Shown here one piece after another: positions 1 through 7,571 of a stretch of DNA of 12,431 bases. This DNA comes from Candidatus Geocrenenecus huangii (GTDB taxonomy: Archaea > Thermoproteota > Nitrososphaeria_A > Caldarchaeales > Wolframiiraptoraceae), in assembly GCA_023254095.1 (NCBI GenBank), contig JALNLM010000024.1, positions 1 through 12,431 of the forward strand, in the 5' to 3' direction. A program made the translations under genes and the position numbers. Under the pieces are notes generated by a model. It did no database searches. It was given only the letters and a program-made list of their open reading frames with translations, and had not been told where the DNA came from. The first letter of the stretch is position 1, and the number at the start of each line of letters is the position of its first letter.

Positions 1-2
1 TG

Positions 3-1976
3 CTTACACTACTATCTCTTATGATCTATTTTTACGGTGGCTGGCCCTTCCTCAAAGGTTTAGTAAATGAGGTTAAGGTTAGACAGCCCGGCATGATGAC
101 CTTGATTGGTGTGGCTATCTCGGTCGCCATGTTCTACTCGCTTGGAACAGTCTACATCTTCGGTGGTAGAGACTTCTACTGGGAGCTTGCGACACTAATC
201 GATGTTATGCTTTTGGGTCACTGGGTTGAGGCAAAAAGCCTAATTGGTGCATCAATGGCGTTAGAGGAGCTTATCAGAATAATGCCGACTACAGCCCACC
301 TAGTTAAGAATGGTGAAATCATAGATGTGCCTGTTGCCCAGCTAAAGAAGGGGGATGTTGTGCTGGTTCGACCTGGCGAGAAGATCCCGTCAGACGGCGT
401 CGTTGTCGAAGGTGAGTCGTCGGTTAATGAAGCTTTATTGACTGGTGAGTCTAAACCGGTAAGTAAAGCTGTCGGCGACAGGGTTGTGGGAGGCGCTGTT
501 AACGGTGAAGGCATGCTAAAAGTTTTGGTCGAACGAGTGGGTGAAGAAACCTATCTATCACAAGTTGTAAGGCTCGTTAAACAAGCTCAGGAAAGCCGTT
601 ATAAGACTCAGGATTTAGCCAATAGGGCTGCAGCCCTACTCTTTTACGTAGCGCTTACAGTTGGGATAATAGCCTTCGTAGTATGGAGCTTTCTAGCAAG
701 CTCGGATACTGCCCTAGAGAGATCTGTGACCGTACTTGTTATTGCTTGCCCTCACGCTCTCGGCTTGGCTATACCCCTTGTCGTAGCGATCTCCACATCA
801 ATTACCGCTAAAAGCGGCATCCTCATAAGGGATAAACGAGCCTTCGAAAAGATTAAAGATGTCGACATAGTGGTTTTCGATAAGACTGGGACTTTAACGA
901 TAGGGGAGTTCGGCGTAGCTGATATTGTTGCCTATATTCCGGAAGAAAAGCTTTTAAGTTTAGCGGCCGCCGTCGAGCTTAACTCGGAGCATGTTATTGC
1001 TAAAGCCCTCGTGGAATATGTGAGAAACCTGGGAATTGTGATCCCTCAAGTAAAAGAGTTTAGATCTTTGCCTGGGCGAGGCGCTTATGGTAAAGTTGGG
1101 GAGAACGAGGTCTATGTCGGAAGCGTAACTCTTCTAAGCGATCTAGGATTAACTGTTAACGATCTAAGAGTAGAGGAGATGCAAAGACAGGGTAAAACTG
1201 TTGTCTTCGTCGTTGTAGATGGTAAGGTTGCAGGCGCCATATCCCTGGCTGACATGATTAGGGCCGAATCTTATGAGGCTGTTAGAGAACTCAAGAAGAG
1301 GGGGGTAAAGGTTTACATGCTTACCGGGGACTCCGAAGAAGTTGCCGGCTGGGTTGCGAAGGAACTAGGCGTAGACAGCTATTTCGCTAGAGTCTTACCA
1401 GACGAGAAAGCGGAGAAAATAAATTTGTTAAAGAATGAAGGCTATAGTGTGGCAATGGTTGGAGACGGCGTAAACGATGCTCCAGCTCTCGTTACGGCGG
1501 ATGTTGGCATAGCCATAGGGGCTGGAACAGACGTAGCCATCGAGAGCGCCGACATAATCCTTGTCCGAAACGACCCGAGAGACGTGGTTAAGGCCATGGA
1601 TATTTCTCGAAAAACCTATGCTAAGATGGTTCAAAACTTGTGGTGGGCAGCTGGCTACAACACGGTGACGATACCGCTGGCAGCTGGCGTGCTGGCAGGC
1701 TATGGTATAAGTCTACCTCCAGCCGTCGGAGCGATAATAATGTCTTTAAGTACGGTAATCGTTGCTTTGAACAGTCAAACATTAAGGAAGTATGAGCCGG
1801 AATGGGTGAAGATAGAGATGGAGAAAAAACGTTTAGTCACAGATCCTGTTTGCGGCATGAAGATAGATCCTGATACAGCCTATAGCAAGGTCGAGTATGG
1901 GGGCCACGTCATATACTTCTGTTCAAGAACGTGCGAGGAGGAATTCAAGAAGAAACCGAAGAAATATGTGAAATAG
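3..1976 (+). CDS. copB: Copper-translocating P1B-type ATPase (P1B-3/CopB type, CPH motif) with C-terminal TRASH/YHS metal-binding domain; 5' end lies upstream of the window
   Basis: Motifs [35 protein letters not shown], QNLxWAxGYN and MSLST. C-terminal DPVCGM...[11 protein letters not shown]. The frame is open from position 3 (ctt aca cta cta tct ctt ATG), so ATG 21 is probably internal. Confidence 0.93.
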   Translation, partial: LTLLSLMIYFYGGWPFLKGLVNEVKVRQPGMMTLIGVAISVAMFYSLGTVYIFGGRDFYWELATLIDVMLLGHWVEAKSLIGASMALEELIRIMPTTAHLVKNGEIIDVPVAQLKKGDVVLVRPGEKIPSDGVVVEGESSVNEALLTGESKPVSKAVGDRVVGGAVNGEGMLKVLVERVGEETYLSQVVRLVKQAQESRYKTQDLANRAAALLFYVALTVGIIAFVVWSFLASSDTALERSVTVLVIACPHALGLAIPLVVAISTSITAKSGILIRDKRAFEKIKDVDIVVFDKTGTLTIGEFGVADIVAYIPEEKLLSLAAAVELNSEHVIAKALVEYVRNLGIVIPQVKEFRSLPGRGAYGKVGENEVYVGSVTLLSDLGLTVNDLRVEEMQRQGKTVVFVVVDGKVAGAISLADMIRAESYEAVRELKKRGVKVYMLTGDSEEVAGWVAKELGVDSYFARVLPDEKAEKINLLKNEGYSVAMVGDGVNDAPALVTADVGIAIGAGTDVAIESADIILVRNDPRDVVKAMDISRKTYAKMVQNLWWAAGYNTVTIPLAAGVLAGYGISLPPAVGAIIMSLSTVIVALNSQTLRKYEPEWVKIEMEKKRLVTDPVCGMKIDPDTAYSKVEYGGHVIYFCSRTCEEEFKKKPKKYVK

Positions 1977-2297
1977 CTCTCCGACTATCCACATATCTTC
2001 TTCTAAATTTTCTCAACAGAGCTGAAGGAAGATTCAGCCCTCTATACAGTAGATAGAGAAGTTGCATTAAAGATTTCATCAACGAGTGTAAGATGCTGCC
2101 TGATATAGCATAATCATGTAAGTATAGGAGTGCCTTTGACTCGTTTAGGTTTAGGATAATAAGATTCTCAGAGTATTTTCCACATTTAGATGATGACGTG
2201 TTTAAGTAGATTGGAGTTAGCCTAGGGCTCTCAATCCACGAGTATGTCACAGTATTGTTGGATCTTTTAGATTCAGAGAGGTCTTCTGGGGATTGGA

Positions 2298-3383
2298 TTA
2301 ATTTATTGTTATTATATTGTATCCGCTTGCTTTTCTTAACCTATTCATTATTGTTAAGCCTAGCCCTTTTTCTTCAAATCCTTCTGACACCGCTATGTCT
2401 ATATCTAACTCGTCTATTTCTCTCAAGAGCTTGTATAGGTTTCTAGCCACTTCGAATAAGTTTTTCCTCGAACCTAGATTTAGAGTCTTCACTCCACGAT
2501 AATACTGTGTTGTTTCCACAGTTGAGAGTAGGACGACTTTGACCCCCTTATCTATTAATCCCTTAACATGCTTGAATACTTCTAGACTATATCTTTCTAG
2601 GTTGCCGTAGTCTCGAGTTTCAACTACATGTAAAGGTTTGGAAGGTGCGTAATGCCGATACTTCATGCCTGGAGCAATAGCTTCGGAGGCCTCAATTAAT
2701 CCTCTAGCAGATTCAGGTATAATGATTTCCTTATTGAGCATTCTCTGCACCTCCTCTACTGGTAGTGCACCTGGTCTAAGAAGAACTGGCAAATTTCTCG
2801 TCATGTCGATTATCGTGGATTCCACACCGAAGAGCGTCTCTCCCGAATCTATGATTACATCTACTTTCCCCATCATGTCTCTTTTAACATGTTCTCCGCT
2901 TGTAGGTGATGGTCTACCAGCAGGGTTAGCGCTTGGAGCAGCTATAGGCGTCTCACTAAGCTCTATCAATTTAAGGGCCACAGGATGAGCAGGCATCCTA
3001 ACCGCGATAGTCTCCAAGCCTGCGGATACTTCGTCAGGTACTTTCTCTGATTTCCGGATTATTACTGTTAACGGCCCTGGCCAGAATTTTTCTGCAAGTC
3101 GGCATACGTCTTCACTTAAATCGCTTGAGAGTATCTCTAGTTGATCTAGATTTGAGATATGGACGATTAGAGGGTTGTCTAGAGGTCTATTCTTCACGTA
3201 GAAGATCTTCCTAACAGCTAGACTATTTAATGCATCTGCTCCAAGACCATAAACAGTTTCTGTCGGGAAGATTACTAGTCCCCCTTCCTTGATTACTCTT
3301 GCTGCTTCTAGGATGTATTCTGTCTTGGGGCTTGAAGGATCTATCTCTATTACCTTCGTAGGCTTGACGGCTAGTTCACGCAT
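2298..3383 (-). CDS. sua5: L-threonylcarbamoyladenylate synthase Sua5 (YrdC domain plus SUA5 domain), t6A37 tRNA modification
   Basis: PTETVYGL, KNRPLDNPLIVH, FWPGPLT, AVRMPAHP, AAPSAN, GVESTIID, LLRPG, linker APGMKYRHYAP, C-terminal IMNRLRKA. Confidence 0.96.
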   Translation of the reverse strand: MRELAVKPTKVIEIDPSSPKTEYILEAARVIKEGGLVIFPTETVYGLGADALNSLAVRKIFYVKNRPLDNPLIVHISNLDQLEILSSDLSEDVCRLAEKFWPGPLTVIIRKSEKVPDEVSAGLETIAVRMPAHPVALKLIELSETPIAAPSANPAGRPSPTSGEHVKRDMMGKVDVIIDSGETLFGVESTIIDMTRNLPVLLRPGALPVEEVQRMLNKEIIIPESARGLIEASEAIAPGMKYRHYAPSKPLHVVETRDYGNLERYSLEVFKHVKGLIDKGVKVVLLSTVETTQYYRGVKTLNLGSRKNLFEVARNLYKLLREIDELDIDIAVSEGFEEKGLGLTIMNRLRKASGYNIITIN

Positions 3384-3464
3384 TCCTACACCTACAGTAT
3401 GTTGATGTAGGGTTTAAGCATGATGTCGGTCTTCATCAATAAATTATCTAGAATTAGATTTTCG

Positions 3465-3869
3465 TTAATCCCCTCTTTTGAGGATATGCTTCTGGAACCT
3501 CTCTGGACTGAATTTCATGGTTAAGTATAGTATGGCGTCTTCGACGTTAAACTCTTTGCATGCGTATACGTCTACTGTTGCAAGCCCATCTTCTACGAAT
3601 GTGTGTATACTTATGTGGCTTTCACCTATTATTACGAATCCCGATACTCCTGGAGATGGGTTATCATATTCTTCTACGAACGGTTCAGAAAGTCTCGTTA
3701 ATTTTAAGTAATCTGGAAGTTCTAGTAGAACATGGTAAATATAGTTCTTATCTCTTAAAACGTCTTCTCCACATCCATACATATCAACGATTAGATGTAA
3801 TCCTCGCATTCCAGCATCTATCCTATTCGATGTAGGTCGCATGACTAAATATATCTTCCATCTATCCAA
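3465..3869 (-). CDS. speD: Pyruvoyl-dependent S-adenosylmethionine decarboxylase family proenzyme (short class 1B type); exact substrate not provable from sequence
   Basis: GLHLIVDMYGC, self-cleavage motif GESHISIHT, DVYAC, terminal KRG. Start uncertain: TTG 3869, ATG 3842 or ATG 3809; family homology begins near 3809. Confidence 0.85.
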   Translation of the reverse strand: MDRWKIYLVMRPTSNRIDAGMRGLHLIVDMYGCGEDVLRDKNYIYHVLLELPDYLKLTRLSEPFVEEYDNPSPGVSGFVIIGESHISIHTFVEDGLATVDVYACKEFNVEDAILYLTMKFSPERFQKHILKRGD

Positions 3870-3876
3870 CTACCTT

Positions 3877-4782
3877 CTATTTTAGTATAATCACTAATAT
3901 ATATGAAAAAACTACTCCAAGTAAGAAGGAGGCCACCCAAGATAATATCAGCTTCTTGAATAATCCCACATTGATTATATGTGTCGAGGATGAAAGTGCG
4001 GCTCCCACCAAGCCCCCGATCATTATCTGGGTTAGTGCAGCTGGGATGCCGACCTGCGTTAGTATCCATAGGAGTAGAGAGGATGATAAGAGACTTGAAG
4101 AAAGCTTTAGCGGGCTCAAAATCGCTAGTCTATCCCCAATCACGTACGATATCTTTTCTGAGAATATGGAAGCACCTATGAGGATCCCTATGTATACTAT
4201 GGGGTATAATGATATAGAATATCCACTCAGCATCGACAGTATGAATCCTAGATTATTCGCTGATATAGTGTATGCACCGTAAAAGCTTGTAGAATATATG
4301 ATGAGCCTTGTATAGAAGTATAATTCACCCATCCTAATGCATCTAGATAGTTTCATTAATAATAGATAAATTAACTTAGATAGATACATTGTTGCTAGAG
4401 GTGCAAGTATCCATGATAGAACCGTTATAGTTAGGAAGATTTGGTTTACCTGAATGTTTAAAGCTAGTGATGAACCAATCAATGAGGCCACAGCAATATT
4501 CGATATGCTTACGGGGATCGCCAGGACACTACATATAAGAAGAACTACCAAGATAGCTATCAACGGAATCTCAAATGAGTTGAAAATTATTAGCTTGGAT
4601 GGGTTCATCTTCCATCCTTCAAGCATTAACCCGAGGAACATAGAGAGAACAGTGAAGATTACAGAATATCTGAACTTCGCTGCGCCTGACGACGTCATCC
4701 CACTTACGAATAGTGAGCTATTATTCCAGCTGAAGAGAATACTTGACACGAGGCATAAAATGTAAAGCAGGAGAAAATCCAT
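3877..4782 (-). CDS. PiT/PHO4-family inorganic phosphate or anion transporter, divergent
   Basis: Highly hydrophobic 301 aa with two PHO4-like half-repeats (SWNNSS...PVSISN; SANNLG...GIPAALTQ...WVAS). Lies directly downstream of a DUF47 gene. GGAG upstream of ATG 4782. Confidence 0.8.
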   Translation of the reverse strand: MDFLLLYILCLVSSILFSWNNSSLFVSGMTSSGAAKFRYSVIFTVLSMFLGLMLEGWKMNPSKLIIFNSFEIPLIAILVVLLICSVLAIPVSISNIAVASLIGSSLALNIQVNQIFLTITVLSWILAPLATMYLSKLIYLLLMKLSRCIRMGELYFYTRLIIYSTSFYGAYTISANNLGFILSMLSGYSISLYPIVYIGILIGASIFSEKISYVIGDRLAILSPLKLSSSLLSSSLLLWILTQVGIPAALTQIMIGGLVGAALSSSTHIINVGLFKKLILSWVASFLLGVVFSYILVIILK

Positions 4783-4819
4783 TAATCGTCTCCACTCATG
4801 GTCTATACTGTTTGAAAAT

Positions 4820-5497
4820 TCACCCGTATCTTTGAGCGATTATCTGGAACAGGATATCAGAAGCATCTTCGGCTGAATCGCAAATATTGTCCATAATATC
4901 TATCATCTCTTTAACCTGCATTATATCTAGTACTCTGAATCTATCGGCCTCTCTAAAGATCGCCTTAATTATTGTAGTCTTCAGTTCATCTGCTTCCTCT
5001 TCTATATCTTCAATTTCTTGAAGTAGTGGTTTAGCTTTCTCTACATCATGTTTAAACTTCCTGAAAGATTCAAGCAGTTTCCTAGATGCATCAATGCATG
5101 AGTTGATATATTTATCCATCTCCGGGATGGAGAACATGAAGTAGAGTAGGTCATAGCTAGGAGCAGTCATCATTAACTGCTTAACTGAGTCCTTCGTATA
5201 GTCAGCAATATTATCGATCTCTTCTATGAGGTTAAGTAAGTCCTCTCTAAGATGAGCGAAGAAGGTTCCCCTGCAAAGCTCCTCTGATATCATTCTCCTC
5301 ATGTTATCCGCTTCAGTCTCTAAGGCATCTATCTTCTCGTAGATCTTATCAATCTCTCCTACCCTTCCATTCTTTATCGCATTAGAGACGTCTTCAAGAT
5401 ACTTCACAGTATCCGCTATTTTCACAAGATACTCTTCTATAGAATCTATGGCCTTCTTCTCTCTTCCATAGAATAACTCGATAAACCTGAATGGCAT
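4820..5497 (-). CDS. DUF47 / PhoU-like phosphate-transport regulator (Pit accessory protein)
   Basis: Two helical repeats with acidic motifs LETEADNMRR...REDLLNLIEEIDNIAD and IEEEADELK...MDNICDSAEDASD. Adjacent to a PiT gene. Confidence 0.9.
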   Translation of the reverse strand: MPFRFIELFYGREKKAIDSIEEYLVKIADTVKYLEDVSNAIKNGRVGEIDKIYEKIDALETEADNMRRMISEELCRGTFFAHLREDLLNLIEEIDNIADYTKDSVKQLMMTAPSYDLLYFMFSIPEMDKYINSCIDASRKLLESFRKFKHDVEKAKPLLQEIEDIEEEADELKTTIIKAIFREADRFRVLDIMQVKEMIDIMDNICDSAEDASDILFQIIAQRYG

Positions 5498-5603
5498 AGG
5501 ATGGGATCCTATCTACCAAGTGATTAATCTAACTTTTACATATTTCTGTACTTGACAGATTTCTTTCTGAGGTTATAGAAAAATATTGTAGAGCCCCGCC
5601 CTT

Positions 5604-6551
5604 CTACTCGGTTAAGATTGATTTTATTAATGCTGCTCTAATGTAGACACCGTTCTCAGCCTGCGTGAAGTATTTTGCTTGAGGTAGAGAATCGACCTCC
5701 GGCGATAATTCGTCAACTCTGGGTAGAGGATGCATTATGATAGGTAACTTCTTAAACTTCTTCAGTAAATTTATCGTCAAATTATAGCTTCCCTTCAGCC
5801 TCTCATATTCTGAAGGGTCTGAGAACCGTTCTTTCTGAAGTCTGGTTACATAGAGTACATCTAGTTCTTCAATGACTTCTTCAACTCTCTCAACCATCCT
5901 CCACTCCACCCTCCTGTCTATCTTCTCTAACACTTCACGGCGAATCTGCAATTCCTTCGGTGCAATGTAGTATATCTTTACGTCATCATACTTGGAAATC
6001 GCATAGCTTAGACTGCTGGGGGTTCTACCATATTTAAGGTCTCCCATTATACCTAATGTCACGCCATCTATCTTCTTGATCTCTCTCCAAATCGTATACA
6101 AGTCGAGTAGAGCTTGAGTTGGATGCTCGTTCCAGCCATCACCTGCGTTAATTACGGGGGCGGAAGCTATCTCAGCGGCTTTCCTCGATGAGCCCGGCTC
6201 TCTATGTCTTAAGACTATTATGTTAGGCTTGTACCCATCAACCATTCTAATAGTATCTTCGAAGCTTTCACCCTTCGCTATACTTGCAGCCTGTTCTAAA
6301 CCAAAATCTACGACTATCCCTCCAAGCCTCGTCATAGCGAATTGGAAGCTCAGCCTAGTCCTCGTACTCGGCTCAAGGAATACTGTTACCATTATCTTAT
6401 TTCTACAGTAGTCTAGGATGCCCTTCACTTCTAATTCCTGTCTAATTTTCTCTGCTTCATGAAATAGGTAATCCATAGTTTTCCTATCAAAATCCAATGC
6501 TGAGATAACGTCCCTATTATACAGGCTATTCAAGTTTGATACACCTCTCAT
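5604..6551 (-). CDS. pyrB: Aspartate carbamoyltransferase catalytic subunit
   Basis: FLEPSTRTRLSF, KGESFEDT, VLRH, INAGDGWNEHPTQALLD, GDLKYGRT, YVTRLQKERF, MHPLPRVDE, QAENG. The true start may be TTG at 6533, preceded by GAGGTG. Confidence 0.97.
   Translation of the reverse strand: MRGVSNLNSLYNRDVISALDFDRKTMDYLFHEAEKIRQELEVKGILDYCRNKIMVTVFLEPSTRTRLSFQFAMTRLGGIVVDFGLEQAASIAKGESFEDTIRMVDGYKPNIIVLRHREPGSSRKAAEIASAPVINAGDGWNEHPTQALLDLYTIWREIKKIDGVTLGIMGDLKYGRTPSSLSYAISKYDDVKIYYIAPKELQIRREVLEKIDRRVEWRMVERVEEVIEELDVLYVTRLQKERFSDPSEYERLKGSYNLTINLLKKFKKLPIIMHPLPRVDELSPEVDSLPQAKYFTQAENGVYIRAALIKSILTE
6538..6551 (-). repeat. 14-bp inverted repeat, copy 1 (ATGAGAGGTGTATC on the minus strand, at the pyrB start)
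   Basis: The + strand reads gatacacctctcat at 6538-6551, the exact reverse complement of 9046-9059. Confidence 0.6.
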
Positions 6552-6642
6552 TGAAGAAATATCTTTAATGTCTATTCTTTAATATTTCCTCCAAGCTACT
6601 ATCGTCTTCTTAAGCTGAACGAGGATTTATAGAACTCTATCG

Positions 6643-7398
6643 TCAATCTTCTAGCTCAGCCAGATATTTCTTTACCAGTTCATTTGTCAATTTTTCATAT
6701 TTCTCGATCGAGCCTACATCATACCAGAAAGCATCTGTAACATATGGTTTAACCAGTCTTCGACTCCTAAGCAAGTATGGTATAAAGTCTGACATTATGT
6801 CTAAGCTATTCTTCTCTGCGGCCAACTTATCAAGTTCGGGCAGGACCCCGGCATTTAACGCTAGTATCCCTATGCTAACGTATATATCGATGGATGGCTT
6901 CTCCGTGAAGGAAATTATCCTATCATCTGAGACTTCCGCCACACCGACCGGAAGCACATATCTTCTAGATAATGCGACGGTAGCTTCCGCGCGAGCTTCT
7001 TCATGCTTCTTGATCACATCGGCAAGATCGATATTCGAGAGTATATCACCATAATGAATTAGGATTATATCCTTATCTTCTAGACGCTCTTGTCTATACA
7101 GGTTTAAGAGGGCGCCGCCCGTCCCCTTAAGCTCAGGGTTGTCATGTATGTATTTGATTCTTATACCGTATAGTTGTCCTTCCCGAAAGTAGTTTATGAT
7201 CTGCTCAGCCTTGTATCCGACCAATGTGAAGACATCATTTAGCCCAGCCCTCTTCATGTTGAGTATAATGTATTCGAGCAGTGGTCTCTGCCTAGGTCCG
7301 ATCGGGATCATGCATTTCTGAAAATAATATGTTAATGGTCTAAGCCTACTCCCCTCCCCTCCGGCCAATACTACTCCTACAGTATTTTTTGAAGTCAT
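6643..7398 (-). CDS. Sugar-1-phosphate nucleotidyltransferase (NTP_transferase family), catalytic domain only, no beta-helix domain
   Basis: VLAGGEGSRLRPLT...K, PLLEY, GTGGAL, YGDILSNIDL, FTEKP, WYDVGS. Confidence 0.88.
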   Translation of the reverse strand: MTSKNTVGVVLAGGEGSRLRPLTYYFQKCMIPIGPRQRPLLEYIILNMKRAGLNDVFTLVGYKAEQIINYFREGQLYGIRIKYIHDNPELKGTGGALLNLYRQERLEDKDIILIHYGDILSNIDLADVIKKHEEARAEATVALSRRYVLPVGVAEVSDDRIISFTEKPSIDIYVSIGILALNAGVLPELDKLAAEKNSLDIMSDFIPYLLRSRRLVKPYVTDAFWYDVGSIEKYEKLTNELVKKYLAELED

Positions 7399-7492
7399 CT
7401 TGATTCATTCTACAATCACCATCTTTCAAATAAATATGTGTCGTCCCTATAGAAGCTCTTCAACTCATAGGATGTACATCAATAAGAGATCA

Positions 7493-7508
7493 TTTATAAG
7501 ATATATAG
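7493..7508 (+). promoter_or_regulatory. Probable archaeal TATA box region for pyrC
   Basis: TTTATAA (7493-7499) followed by ATATATAG, in the divergent intergenic region about 70 bp upstream of TTG 7572. Confidence 0.45.
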
Positions 7509-7571
7509 TAGAGGTAAGTTAACAATGTTTAGCAGTAAGGTCTTGGCTGTTGGAAGGATGGTGTATGAGAA

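Noticed and set aside
2190-2260. C/D-box sRNA starting at ATGATGA (2190-2196)
   Set aside because: No CTGA D or D' box at suitable spacing.
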